A stretch of 64,000 bases of DNA from Patellaria atrata CBS 101060 (GCA_010093705.1 MU006111.1:62001-126000), one strand, 5' to 3'; counted from the first letter of the stretch, positions 49,327-63,093 are shown. The notes: a model not told the origin generated them from the sequence alone. Made by a program: numbers and translations.

Positions 49327-52300
49327 TTAGTTATTTAGCATCTTGGCAATATTGGCTTGAAGTAGTTCAAGAAATGCTCGTTTCTCGGGAGTAAGGCCTT
49401 CGGGAACAGCCTTATCATTCTCATTCTCGAGAGCGGAAAGAGCATCGATGACAGAGGGAGGAGCTTCGGCCTGCATACCGTATTAGTACTGACCGAAATA
49501 CCAAGCGGACGAAAAATAAGGAAGTACTCACAATTGTGGCGGAAACGAGAGTATCGACTTCGCCAGTATGAGCGGCAATTTCTGCATCCATTCCAGCTAA
49601 CTGAACCATGTTGAGAGCTGCTTGTTTAGCGCGGAGGCTGCCGGGAGCAGTCGTGATATTCGATCCAGTAGCTGCATTTGAGAGTCGACGCTTCTTAGTA
49701 GATGGACCAGCTTCGGTTTCTGCGTCTTCTCGAGACCTCTTAGTAGATGGACCAGCTTCGACTTCTTCGTCCTCTCGAGACCTCTTATTGTTAGCACGGC
49801 GCGCAGCCAGAGCCGCTTGGGCGGCAGCTTTGGCAGCCATTGCAGCTTCGATTTCCATATTGTCTCTGTAAGACGGTTTGTTAGCTATATACCAGTCTGA
49901 CGGTAGGATTTTATTGATAGAGAAGAAACATACCGGTGGACCTTTTCGATGAAGTTGAGGACGATACCTCTAGCAGGCATCCTATAGACAATTCCAGCGG
50001 CCTCGTCATCATTGTAAAACCCACGCTCATCAGGAGTCTCAACGAGATCATCGTCCCAATCATCGTAGATTTCGATGTTGCCATCGTTGCGGAAGCCGCG
50101 AGGGCAAGCGACATCTACATGATTAGGGTCTCGGAAGTTGCGCACCTTGTGAGCTCGAACTGGAATGCTGTCGAAAACGTCGCCGTAGACACGCTTGTGT
50201 TCGATATGACGAGGACATCTCCACTTCCATCGCGTGCCTGAATGGTCGTCACGCCATGGGCGGCATGCTAGTGGGGGGTCAAGACAATCGTAATGGAATT
50301 TTGCAGCGCAGTAATCGCATGGAATGATGGGACGACGAGGAAAATCTGGTCCACGGTCGTCCTCAACGTTCTTGTTACAATTACTGCAAAGGATAAAGTT
50401 GCCTTCAGAATCCACGAGCTTGGTGTGGTCGTCATCATAGGTCCTTTCAGTTTTGTTTCGGCTACGAGGAAGTTAGTCAAACTGTCGTAATTGCAATAAA
50501 TGCACAAATGGTAAACTGACAGGTGTTTCATTTCGGTGGGTTTCAAATACTCGCCGTCTGGGCCTGTAATGACGCCTTCAAAGCAGTCGCGAGTAGACTG
50601 ATCAAGTTGAAAGACAAGTGGGTTAGTCGTCTCTAGACTCTTGTTCAGAGCAGCAAAAAGTGTAAAATTCTTCCTAGGGGGTGTTTTCAACTTTTCCTTT
50701 TCCTTCTCTTGTTTATCGTTCTTCTTCGGTCTATCATTTGCCTTGCGTAAACCCTGGCATCTGTAGCAAAAGAACTCATCAGGGAGGGTGTGATGATTCA
50801 TAGGAGGATCATAGCAGGTATAGTGAAAGGTAAAATCACAACCGTCACAGCAAACCAGAAAACCATCGCCGGAACATGAATAGCAACGATCTTCGTTCTG
50901 TGAATTCAAGGTTAGCGAAGACAAAGACTTGGATGAGTTTAAACCATGAAGTTTGATGAAAAGTCTGGGGGTTGCTTGACGAGTTGGGAGTATCATGGAG
51001 AAGGCGTAGAAAAGATGAGAACATGCGGCAATATTGATGGGAAGAAGTTTTGTTTTTGAAGGGTTTGGTTTGGGGGCGGAAAGCGGGAAAATTAGAGTCG
51101 ATTACTCACGTTATTGTTGTCAGAAATGCCGACCGTTGTGTTATACCTACGCTCCATGCTTGGAGGAACACCAGCAACCATAATTCGGGGCTTTGGCTGT
51201 GCGGCCTTTTGTGGTCTATAATTCAGCATTTGCATTAGCTCCAGTCCTTCAGACCAAAAAGTCGCTAGTTTCACAAATCTGCTTTCCCCTTAGAAACAGG
51301 GCGACCAACCGGGAGAGCTGGGTCCATGTGAAACAACCCGAGGGTAACACGCGTGTGAATAGATACAGGAACATAACGATCAAAAAGCGATAGAAAGCGG
51401 AAAATAAAAGAGGGAGTGGGAAGGGTAACTCACGACATCTTCGTTCGAGATTTGGCCTTCTGACGCCTTGTGGGACGAGCGTCATTCGAAGGACCCGCAT
51501 GCGAAGGACCAGCATTTGAGGGACCAGCGCTGGAAGCGGGACGGGAATCGAGAGAATCACCACTATCTTGAGAAGCACCGCCGTTGACTGGAGTAGTGGG
51601 TCGAGAAGGGGTGGCCGATAGATCCGGGACATCGGAAAGAGGTGAAACGGAAGCGTTGGCATCGCTGGGAACTGGTTGTGTTCTAAGGGCACTTGAAGAC
51701 TTGGGAGGAACTGCAGGTGCACCTTGCACTGGATTGCTGTTCACAGCAGCTTGTTTTCCAAGAACCCTTGCGGACTTGGGAATCGGAAAAGGACCTTTGG
51801 CGGAATTCCCGTTGACAACAGGTTGTTTTCCAAGAGCTTTAGCTGATGGTGGACGTGGAGCAGAATAGGGTGGCGGTGGGATTTCGTTGCGGATATCGCT
51901 TTCAGGAAAGGTGTCATCAAACTTCCTGGTGTTGTTCTTCTTGTACTCGTCACGCAACTTGTCGAGTGCGGCTTCTTCATCATCATCTACGTCTGCGCGA
52001 AGACGCTTATTCGACTGATGGTTTGAAGACCTAGCTGCAGATGATTGACGTGAGTTGCGGGTACTGGTAGGTGGGTCATCAGCTGGTGCCGTAACAGGAC
52101 TGACACCATCGCCTTCTAATCCATCTGGAGGGTTATCGAGAATTGATTGATCGGGGTCGCTAAGAGAGTCTTCCTCGGACTCAAAGGCTGTAGCACGAGG
52201 AGCTGGCCGGTCAGGCTCTCCAGATGGGCCGGACTCAATCTCAGGGCCGGTCCCTAACTGTGGAGAAGCTGGAGGTGGTAAAGTAGGCTCAAGCGGTGGG

Positions 52301-53601
52301 AGAGGTGGAGGTGGTGAATCGTGCGCATCGAGCTTGAAGGTTGATCTAGGAGCGGCTGATTTACGAGTCTTTTTAGCTCGAGTAGTGACAGGCGCCTGAG
52401 CTGGACCTGCAGCTTGATCATCGCCGCCATAAGCATTCCTTCGCGTGCTAACCATTTTGTGGGTTTCGGTAGCAGAATGTCTTGAAGGGTAAGGGACTTG
52501 TGCTTGTTCGGAAGAAGTAAGGCTGGGTGAAGATCGATTTGAAGCTTTGTGAGTGAGAATGAGCTTTTGCGGAAGAGAGCGAGATGTTCGAGAAGAAAAG
52601 TTTGAAGGAGGAGCAGGAACGGATTTAGAGTGAGAGTTTGAAATGTCGGTGGCCGGTCTCGCTAAAGGCGTTATCGTGGTGGGTGTTGCTATTATTGACG
52701 CTTTTGATGGTGAATGTGGAGATGTTACAGAGCCCTCAGCACTAGCTGTGACAGAGGACGAATTCCTCCTTACCGAACCATGTGACGCTCGCACACGTCT
52801 TCGAGCTTTCTTCAATCTTTTTTGAAACGCTTCTCGCTGATGCTCGGTGAGCGTTCTACCGACTATGGATTGCAGTAAGCCTGCCAGCGCTTGATCCTTT
52901 GCGCTCTCCTCGTACATGTACTTCAGTGCTTCACCAAGCTCAGCATCTCCATTCGATCTCGCACGCCTATCTGCTTCAGTCACGATCGCGAGAAGCATTT
53001 TCCGACTGACGGGCGATGGGACCACTGATGGAGCTGATGTTGCTTGCACATTCGCTTCCAGCTTGTGAGGCGTGGTGGGGCGCGTTGTCGCAGCGACGGA
53101 ATTTTGCTTCGCAGCTGTGCCTTTCGCAGAACGAGAATGCGACTTCGGCGCTTTAGGCACGTAGTCATCATCATCTTCTCCTTCTCCTCTCCGTGTAGGC
53201 GGTAGTTCTGGTATGGGATCCTCCAGTCTCCGCGACTGAGACCTTCGGTTCTCGATGGGAGGCGTAGGTTCAGGAGTCCCCACCACATCATGCATAGCGA
53301 CAAAACCTCCATTTTTTATCATCGTCGGCCTTCGGTGTGCTTCACTCTTGAGTTTGGCCTTGAGTTTATTGCTTGGGAGTGCGCCCAAGGGTGCCATATT
53401 CTCCACGACGCCCCCTCGTTCGAAGCCATGATCTTCGAAGCTGGGTACCGGGTTTCTCAACGGCGGTTCCATCCACGTATCAAGTGAGGTCTGTCCACGC
53501 TCTTTCTTCACATCATTCGGAGGTGCTGGTGACTCTGCATTGTTTCGGACGAACGGGCTCGACGTGCGACTCGACTTGCGGGTAGGCCTGATCGAAGGCA
53601 T
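49327..53601 (-). CDS. Double PHD-finger chromatin protein, Rco1/Cph1-Cph2-like (Rpd3S subunit); about 5 introns
   Basis: Long disordered exon 1 from MPSIRPTRK. PHD1 is CYSCSGDGFLVCCDGCDFTFHYTCYDPP..FFCYRC, followed by linker NPLVFQL..FEGVITGPDGEY. PHD2 is CSNC..IIPCDYCAAKFHYDCLDPPL..WRCPRH, followed by RNDGNIEI. The last exon ends ...IAKMLNN*. Confidence 0.85.
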
Positions 53602-54476
53602 TTCGCGGGCGGTTGCCACTGACCGTGATTCTGAGCAGACTTTAGCTAACGAGACACCCTGGAAGGGTTTAAAGTACTCTACAGTGTATTCCACCAGCTT
53701 CCAAGACGTGTTGGCGTAGATTCGGGGTGATTGTCGCGTCCTGGACTGTGTGTTTGATAGAGTGTTGGGAGAATGGAGGCTCGAGATAATTTGAGTAGCG
53801 AGAATCCGCTCCGCACCTCAACGAGCCTCCTGATCTCACATATATGCAACGCCTAGAAGACCAAGAACACGGGTTTTATCACCTCACTTGTTTGTCGTCG
53901 GTCTTCTGTTCATCTACTTTTGACTTCTCATCAAAAGATCGATGGCTTCAAACGTCAGTTGTCCTGTTTGACATGAGTATACCGGAAAAGGGGATCTCCG
54001 GATCGAGGGGTAAGTATGGGACGCCGGTTGGGGGTAACTTTCATATCACGAAAGTCGAAGGTATGCTTTGAGTAAAGCTGACTCTCTAGAGCAATCTTTG
54101 GGGCATTTATTTGAATGCAAAGCGGTGCCTGCACTTGGGATCCTGTGACCGGGATGCCCAACCCCTGAGTCATCCCAACAGTGGAGGCTGCTTGATCTAG
54201 GTAATAAAGGCTTCTATCCCACAGGAGATATGAGAAAACATTGGGTCAAGATAATGCTCTATCGCTGCTGCATGCAAATGTTTCGATTTGAGGTTTTGTC
54301 TATCTGTTTCTGCCATTCAGTCCCCCGTCGACTAGAAAGCCAACCAGTCCCTTTGTGAATCTCGCCATTCAGAAGGAACCATATGCCATGGTCACAGTAG
54401 ACCTGCAGTGACCAAATGATGAGAAATATCAACACCGTCTTCAATAAAACGGGTAAGAAAGGCCCTTAGCGTGACT

Positions 54477-55958
54477 TCATTCTTCATCGCTGCTCTCTTC
54501 TTCATCGTCGTCCTCTTCCTCCTCAGCCTTCTTAGCGGCCTTCTTCTTCTTCTTCTTATTCTTGTTCTTCGACGCGGAAGCCTTGCCGAGCGGCTGTTCA
54601 AGTATCTTCAGGATTTCCTCGTCCGTAATCTTCTTGTCGGTCTCGTACTTGCTGACGTCAAGAGTTGGAGGTTGGGCCAAGCGTGTCATACCGTTTTTCG
54701 TGATCGCTGCGAGAATCAGCCACGAATACAACGTTTGACTGTGGGAAGGTCAGTTCGTTAGTTACTCACCAACTGTGGTGAATAGTCTCCCAACAGGCTC
54801 GTTGTCCTTATCGCCAACGACTTCGTACTGCCTCAACACGTTTCCACGGACACATTCGACAACACCGACTTTTGCCGCCCGCTCATCTTCCAGTTGTCGA
54901 AGGCTGAAGGGGAATGTGGCAAATTTCTTGACGATCTCTGAAAGTAGTGCTCGAGAACTCGGTCGTTTAAGACCATAGGTTGTGTTCGTCCGTCGGTGCA
55001 GAGTTGGCCTATTGCTTAGAGTCTTTACCTTACCAGTTCCTAAACTTACACCAGTTTCTACGCCCCAGGCCTCACCGACTTCAGCTAGTCCTTCTCCCTT
55101 GACGCCCTCACCTGGTGCGAGGATGATCTTCTTCTTACCCTCGATGTCATTACGCTCGAAAAGCCAGCAGGTGGTGCTCTCAACAATATTGCAGTCATAG
55201 CTTTTTACAACCTTTTCAAGTAATTGGGTGATCTTCGCTTGAGAGTACGGTTTCTGAGCAGCAGCTTTCTTCTTCTCTTCTTCCGTTCCAGTTACCACAA
55301 GTCCGGGGGGGAGCATGAGTCTCAACAACAGCTCATTGGTATAGTACGTAGCAAGAATAAGGTCTGCTTCGCGGCCAGAGACTTTGTCGCCCGCGCCAAC
55401 AACGATTGAGTCGCACACAATGGAGCAAAAGCCATCGATTTGGGCTCCGAGCTGGATCTTTACTACTTCATTCTTCTTGAGCACAGTCTTTGCCTCCTCT
55501 GCATCTGTCTTTAACGGAGTGTAGGGCGTAATGTATGAGCTAGGAGAGACGGTGACGGGATGTCCAGAACCTTTAGAGATCTTCTTCCCTTTGTACACCT
55601 TGGCAACCTCAGCTTCGAGCAGCTTGTCGCCCTTTTCGCATATTTCGACGATGTTTGCGCCTTCAGTACATAATTCTAGTCACAGTTTAGCATGGTATTC
55701 CTTCGCTGTTGTGGGATAACGGAGGTCATTGATGGTCACGTACTAGCGACGGCCTCGAGGACTTTCTGAGAGATCTGAGCCGCGGTCTTGTACTTGGTTA
55801 AGGTATCGGGGTTGTTAAGGCTATAGTCTGGAACAGAATCAGTCTCGTTGCTATGTTCAATGTCTAATTGAAGGCACGCGCTCAATCCAAGCAGAACTAG
55901 AGCTTGCCGGGTGGAAATGATGCTACGCGGACTTACCGATAACTGCTTCTTCCGCCAT
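54477..55958 (-). CDS. Curved DNA-binding protein / PA2G4 (Ebp1) family, M24 fold; 3 introns
   Basis: MAEEAVID|YSLNNPDTLTKYKTAAQIS, ICEKGDKLL, VKIQLGAQIDGF, YGLKRPSSR..FPFSLRQLEDER.AKVGVVEC, Lys-rich then acidic tail. Confidence 0.9.
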
Positions 55959-56374
55959 ATTGAAGTGGACAAAGTGCTCAGTAGCAGAATAGGATCAAAT
56001 GCGGAGTTTCTGGGATTGAATGCTCGAGGACCCTCCAGTGATGTTTTTGGTTTTGAGAATGTGAGACCCCGCCGTGCCCCTCTTCCTCGCTTGTCCTCTC
56101 ACCTCATGCAACTTCTGGCAGATGATTTACTGTATTGGAACTTTACAAGTACACTTCACAAATCCCCCGGGGTAATCAATTAAGTCAAAGAGGATGACCT
56201 TGAGCATGTGCTAACCATCTGTCTTCAGTTATGAGACAAGAGGATATCTATGTCCCAGCAGCTCGCCGTTCGGAGTATATTAGCAGCTCTCTTCCCACCC
56301 AATCTCTGTGAAGCTCTCGTCACCATTTACCATTCCTCATTGCTCGTCTAAATCTCGAATATATAATAACCACT

Positions 56375-57256
56375 ATGCGTGCTCCTACTTCTCCGCTCCC
56401 CATCCGCCTGTACACCCACAACATCCGTTACGCGACCTCATCCCCTTTCCCAGGCGAAGAGCCCTGGCCAACACGCCTACCCCGTCTCCTCTCTTCCATC
56501 CGCTTTCACACAAGCTCTACACCGAACCCTCTCGTCTTTCTGCAAGAAGTTCTCCATAACCAGCTCCTTGACCTGCTCTCCGGTCTCAATGCTTCCTTAC
56601 CCCCCACTCAACCGGCCTGGGCCTATATCGGTGTCGGGCGCGACGACGGTGCCACCAAGGGGGAGTATTCCCCGATATTTTACCAGCCGGCAATCTGGTC
56701 TGTGATTTCGTTCCGTACGGTATGGTTGTCTCAGACCCCTGATATCCCTAGCAAGGGATGGGATGCGGCCAGCATACGGATCGTAACAGTGGGCGCGTTC
56801 AAGCATAGGGAGAGCGGACGTGAAGTCGTAGCGCTAAGTACGCATCTTGACGATCAGGGCGAGGTTTCGCGCTACGAGTCCGCGCGCGTCCTTCGGGAAA
56901 TCGTGGAGGAAGAGGGCTTAGATGTTGAAGGACGAATCACTAGGCCCGTTGTTTTGGCGGGAGACTTCAATAGCGAGGTTGATGGGAGAGCATACGGTGT
57001 GTTGAGCGCCGACGTAAGTCCGGTGGTGGATGTGAAGTCTTTCCTCAAGGAAGGAGGAGGTATCATGTATGGGCATGAGAACACCTTTACTGGTTTTCAA
57101 GACGAAGACCTCAAGAGGATTGATTTCCTTTGGGTAGGGCCAAAGAAAGGCGAAGGTTGGAAGGGGAGCGCGTACGCAGTTTTGGATAATCAGTTTGATG
57201 ATGGAGTGTATCTAAGTGATCACAGACCAGTGGTGGGAGACCTTGTTTTAGCTTGA
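56375..57256 (+). CDS. Endonuclease/exonuclease/phosphatase family protein (intronless)
   Basis: THNIRYA, FLQEV, GVGRDDG..GEYSPIFY, STHLDD, LAGDFNS, RIDFLW, SDHRPV. Confidence 0.92.
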   Translation: MRAPTSPLPIRLYTHNIRYATSSPFPGEEPWPTRLPRLLSSIRFHTSSTPNPLVFLQEVLHNQLLDLLSGLNASLPPTQPAWAYIGVGRDDGATKGEYSPIFYQPAIWSVISFRTVWLSQTPDIPSKGWDAASIRIVTVGAFKHRESGREVVALSTHLDDQGEVSRYESARVLREIVEEEGLDVEGRITRPVVLAGDFNSEVDGRAYGVLSADVSPVVDVKSFLKEGGGIMYGHENTFTGFQDEDLKRIDFLWVGPKKGEGWKGSAYAVLDNQFDDGVYLSDHRPVVGDLVLA

Positions 57257-57622
57257 CCATTAGATGTAAATGTTCAAAATTATACATAGAAAAGAAATAT
57301 TCATTGATCGACGGAAACGCGAATTCGTAATGTGATGAGAGCAATACTCAGTAATCTGTATGACTATTGTTCAGGATTCATCCCATATTCCCCAATGGCA
57401 AAAACACCTCGATACCCTTTCCAGGCAACTTCACCCGTATCTACCCAACGTCAACCGTCAACCGAACTAAGAAAACGGATATCCACCCAGATGCAATTCT
57501 TACAATGCGGGGACTCTGAAGATCCCTTTCCTTAAAACGCCCATTATATGCCAGAGCATCCTGAATCCAGGCAGATAAGAAATGTTCTTTAATGTACAAC
57601 AAGATCGGAGATCGCGAGACAC

Positions 57623-60144
57623 TCAATGCCCCTGGCTGCCCGCTCTTCTCCTCGCGTCTACGGCCGCTTTGTGGCCTCTATTCTTAAGATGTACCTCGAA
57701 GTTCTCTACGGTGAGTCCAGGCCCTGCCGTGTACAGCTTTCCGGGACAGTCGTTACACCTAATACGAGGTAGATATTGATACTTTACATTAGCTGGCAGA
57801 GGTGTGCCAGGGGGTAATGGATCCATCCTTATCTGCTGTCCAGTCATACGATCAACAGCGGTGTGGCGCATAGCAGCTTCAAAGTCATCATTAGGATACT
57901 TTTGCTTTAGCTCATTGAGAGCATCAGACAGCCAAGGAGGCGGAGGTGCCTGGGCGATTAAATGTTAGTGGTTAAGGATAATTGACATCACTGGATTGAT
58001 CGACTTACGGGACCTAAACCGAGGACGGCGGGATAGGGTGCATCCACCCGCCCATCGACGGTATATTGCCATTGGTGTGTCGTGTTACTTGGTGTCTCAG
58101 TATTGCTTTGGGCCTGGGGAGGATTCGGCGTGGTACGCGATGGGGGTGCTGGAGACGGAGGAGGAGGCATTGAACTTGCAGCAGAGTTGGTAAGGGATGC
58201 TCCTTGCGAAGCTGCTCGAGGAGTTGATAGAAGGTTCTGCCCCGGTTTTTTGTTCTGTACTTGTCTCAATTTGTCTTTAGATATCTTCAGTTTGACAATC
58301 AACGTGTCCGGGACAGAACTGTCTTCTTTTATATCATTTGCTCTTAGTGACCGAGAAGAGGTTCTAGTCTCGTGGTGATGCGAGGAGACTTCGGGTGTAG
58401 CTGAACGGACAGTGTTAGCTCTCATTGCCACCTGTGCCGCTGCCGCTGCTCCTCGGATTCCTCTTGTCCGGGCCGTACCCCCGGTCGTGATTTGTGACAC
58501 GGCAGGCGACCCAGGTACTGACTGGTCACTATCCGATTCATCTGATTCCTCATCTTCGCCCCTTCCTGACACACGTTTGCTCTTGCCAGATACGGACCGT
58601 GTCAACTTGAACAACCGACTCTCCTCTATGCTTTCTACAGCTCCCGGTATGACATTAGAAACCAACAAGGAACGTACAGTACGTTGACGGTCTTTGAGAT
58701 CCGGAAGCGCTGGACCTCCGCGACGATTTACCGATCGTTTCTGTCGCCGCTGCTCACGCATAATTGAGAGTTCGGCTCTCTCAAGCTCAGCCTCGTTCAG
58801 CTCGTACAAATACGGAGTGTAATCTTTAGCAGCTTGTTGAGGCCTGAACACAGAAGGAAGAGGAGACGGGAGAAAGCTGTCTCGCACGTCACCATCCTCT
58901 ATCGGTCTCCCGTCGAACGGATGACCGGTTATATAAAGACTTTTAGTGAACATTTGGCACTGTTCCCTTATCGAATGCGCGATTGCAGTTGCAAATTCCC
59001 CTGATAAAGACATCTCAGCTGCCATCAAACGCGCGAATTCCTCCGGTGAGTTGAGTGGGTTGTTTATCTCCCACTCGAATTGATCCATGAGGGTAAGTTG
59101 TCCGATGGTTATGTTAAGCTTGATAAGAATCCTCATTTCGTCGTTTTTGTATGCGAAGTAAGGCAAATGTGGGTCAAGGGGCTCTTCTTCGATGAAGACA
59201 TGAGGATAGAAATCCTGTATCTGTTCCTGGATCTCGCGATTGATATGATGAGCTATAGGCGCTGCAGCTTCTGGGGGTATCTTGAAGTCCTCGACCATGG
59301 TTTCTGCGAATAATTCGGGTTTGATCACTCGATCATGGAGATTCCACGTAAAGGTGTCTCGTAACTTGATCTTGTCGAATTCGATATCCAGTCTCACAGG
59401 AACTAGCTCCTCCAACTGTTCCGCTTGAGTGGCTGCATCCTTCCTAGAAACGTGCAATTGACGCGTCCTCCTATTCCCTGCCCGTTTCCGTTGCGCTGGG
59501 TAAACGATAGGCACACCATTCGCGGTCCTCGCATCAGTCCGCCCGTTACCATATCCACCGTAACCACGTCCGAATACAGATCCTGGATCCGATTGTCTCT
59601 GAATCTTTACTTGATTGTAATAGTCTCTCTCAAAACCAATGTCTTTGAACAGCTTCCTGATTCGTTCCGACTGCTCATTCATCGCAACGGAGTGTAAGGA
59701 ATCGCGTAAGACATATTGATTGAGTAAGTAATCGTGGATATTGGGTTGTTCGTGTTCTTTTTCCGACTCGGGTGCCGGCTGTACAGGAATGCGAGAACCC
59801 GATCTGGAGCGTTTTCTGCTGGGGGAAGCACCGTTCATATTCACGTTCGCGTTTTCTGGTGCTGTGGGGGTAGGAGTGATGTTGGGTTTAGATGGTGCGG
59901 TATCCTCGTGTTCAGGAAGAGTCAAGCCCGATGCGGCCAGGACTGCCTTTGCCTTCTCCTTCCCTTCACGAATGGCATCTCTTCCGTCTGTGCCGGAACG
60001 GAGATTATCACTATTAGGCACCTGTACTGCACCTTCCGATATTGAACCATTAGACATTGAGGGTGCGCTTTGCGCTTGTTGTGTCGAAGGAGTATTTTGG
60101 GCTGAAGCTGAAGGGGGTTCGGTGGTAGCAACTGGAGATAGCAT
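57623..60144 (-). CDS. SNF5: SWI/SNF complex subunit Snf5; 1 coding intron plus a probable 5'-UTR intron (60234-60413)
   Basis: Repeats ELVPVRLDIEFDKIKLRDTFTWN and IKLNITIGQLTLMDQFEWEINNPLNSPEEFA, then LSGEFATAIAHSIREQ. The C-terminal exon has RIRCNDCPGKLY..HLKNRGH. Confidence 0.94.
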
Positions 60145-61299
60145 GGTAGGATATCAACATCCACGAGAATGGACCGAGTCACAGGCCAGTAGCTGTGGAT
60201 TGGCCGATGGACTAAAAGTTATACATGAATGGACTATATAGGTCAGCGTCATGTTTGCGATGAAAGTCGCGTCGGTCGCAAATCCGCGACGGATGGAAAT
60301 GGAATGGCTTGGGACAGGAGGTGAAGGGGACGACAAGACTTGTATTTGTTCATGTGAAGAGCGATGAGAGAAAACCGACACAAAGATAGATCGGATGGAA
60401 CAGATGAACATACCGGAGATTCACGCAAAAGCGCGCGTGTCGAACCTTTTGGGCTGGGCGGGTCTGCTGAAAGAATGGAAGACTTTGCCGAGAGCGGAGA
60501 GTCAGAGAATTGGGGGATTGGAAAGCAAGCGTGGAGGCCCAACCCGCCGAGTCCGCCACGACAGAAAGTCAGAAGAGGAGAGGGGCGGAAGTTCCCCTGC
60601 AATAATAGAAACAATTTAATGGAGGAAAATGATAAGCTTATTGCTATCATTCGTTGGTGGCCAGTGTTACATGAGGGGACGAGTTTTGGGGGGGAGAATG
60701 GGGGGATTGAGGCCTATCTGATACGAGAGGCGAGCCAAATTGCCTGTAAACCACCTTACAGTATCTAGTACTTCGATCCAATATGAAAGGAAATACATTA
60801 TAATAGAAGCTTTTTAAACCCTCTCTATCCTGCTTATTGCTCATAACCGAAAGTCTGAATCGCAGGGGAAGATATAATCACGTGAAGCAGACTCTCACCA
60901 GTTCTTTAAAGAGGGAACCGTAAATCCATAGATCCACTTTGATCTCATCATATAGATTTTTAGGGGATATAATATGCTAATATAAGGTAGTGAACAAGAA
61001 CCAGACAACCGCTACGCCAGGAAACTCATCCTTCGCTCTTTGACTTCCGTTAACACAAAAAGTAGATGAAACGCCTGAATCATCGGAATTTTTCCAATCG
61101 CAAGCTAGAAGAAAACATCATTCGTTCTCCACCATAATCTGCTAAAGGCCGTTCTGGTATACTGAGGATTTGCATCATTGGCGTGAATGTGGAGGAGATG
61201 GGATGGATAGATTGGTTGGGCAGAACGTGAGGTCACGGCTTGGATAGCTCTGGTACATAGCTGTTTGATAGACGGGGAAGAGGAGTTGGCTTAAGGGAA

Positions 61300-62530
61300 T
61301 TATAGGAGAGAATCCAATCTGGTGAAGACGCTCAAGCACGCGGCCACAACCTATTTCAGTAATGAGCATCTTGAATACGGGAAGTGTATTCAAAACGTAC
61401 CTCGAGCTGTAGCTCTTTATCCTTCCCAGCATTAACTTCGTCTGCAATGACCTGTCCCAGGTTTGCACCAATACCACCTGAACCGCCCGCACGCCTCGCA
61501 AAAGGCCACTGGGAATATTCGGCAAGCAACTCATCAACCTGAGCGAAAGCGCGTTCCCTAGCCTCATGTCCTAATGTGGATAGCGCATTCTCAAGAACGT
61601 TTGCTGCATATGCTGCACACAGCATCGAGATAGTCCTTAAGTATCTGAACTCGAGATCCTCGGGTAAGAACTGGCTGTTTGGGAGGACCACAGTTCTATT
61701 TGTGAGGACATTACGCACTCTACGCCTGATCTCATCCTTGGCCACGCTATCAGCTACCGGGTGTGTGGCCATATCGAAGAGTAGGAAGTTGCGCTTTTCT
61801 GTCCTTAGTACCCCTTTATCTACCAGTCCCTTTAGGAGCCGTTCGCGGACTTGTTTAAGTTGGTAGCCGATCTTCATGAGGTTCCAGGTCTCTCCTGTAT
61901 ATAACTACTCATTAGCGCACCATTTTCAAGGGCTTGAGGAGATGTCGTGTCAAGATCGTACCACTCATCAGGTCGATCCAAGAGCTTACGCTCATCTTCT
62001 CACTAGACTTCATCATCTTCAGAGCCTCATCCAAAAGAACCTCTCCTGTCAATGTATCATCGATAACTTCGATTACCCTGTCGGCCAGGGGAAATCTCCT
62101 TCGCGAAGAGTCTTTCTGCATGCTCACGCGACCCCTAAACGCCAATTCGATTACTATACATCCTCTTAGCGCGTATGATATGTTATCATTCCAAAATGAC
62201 AGGTAACCCTGAGAATGCCATATTAGATATGTTCCTAACAGAGTGTTGCGAGGCTACGGGACCGACCTGTTTATCCTTCAAGCCCATCAATATCACCTCC
62301 TCCATCAGGGTCAGCTTGGGCTGTTTATTTCTCTCCGAACTTTCACTGATATCTTTCGGGTCAAATACGATCTTGTGTCCATTTTCTGAGCTCTCATATG
62401 ACGTTTCTGGACCTCTGCTTTCTACTTCGTTGCGTTTTGGTACGGGAGAGCTGACACGGCTCCCATCTTCGGTCTCTGTTGTCGCGGCGCCGCCTCCCCT
62501 TCGACGCATCACTCCAGCCGACGAAGCCAT
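61300..62530 (-). CDS. VPS74: Golgi phosphoprotein 3 / Vps74; 3 introns
   Basis: N-terminal [79 protein letters not shown]. Ends [16 protein letters not shown]. Confidence 0.96.
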
Positions 62531-63093
62531 TCCCTTGTTACCGAATGTATCAAAACTCTATTATTCAGGTGTTGGGTAAACTTTCTGGCCAAGTTCAGGG
62601 CCAACGTAGGGTTGAGCGGGAGCTCGCGTTGGGAGAAAGTGGCATTCAGGAGTGGCTCAGAACATTTCAGCTGCAGAACTAGCCAATTAGGTTGCAGTGG
62701 CTTGGGGGTTAGTCGAAAATAGAGGTGGTGTCGCGTTGGGATAATTTTTCCAAAGAATGTGCTTGTCAAAACCGAAAGCTGCACGACCTTTTGGTTGAAG
62801 GAGAACATTCTTCCTTGGCATTGGTTAGGCACCTTTGATATCATGTGGAAAAGCACACAAAGCATCAGAGCGGGCATGGTATTCCATAAGCCCAGCGTTC
62901 CCTAGAATTATCAATGCAAAGTTACAGAATCACATTTTCTATGTCCATGATACAGACGCGCCACATCCTCAGTTTCAAGCAAAGTGATTTTATACAAGGT
63001 GAGTGTAGTTGCCCGTTCAACGCCGCATGTTGATTCCACTACGTCTCCATGAGACCATTGAAAATCCCGTATTCCATCCATACCGCAATCCCT

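Noticed and set aside
60154..60413. Long uORFs upstream of SNF5
   Set aside because: Their ATGs fall within a probable 5'-UTR intron (GTATGT at 60413, GCTGAC, TATAG at 60234) and would be spliced out.
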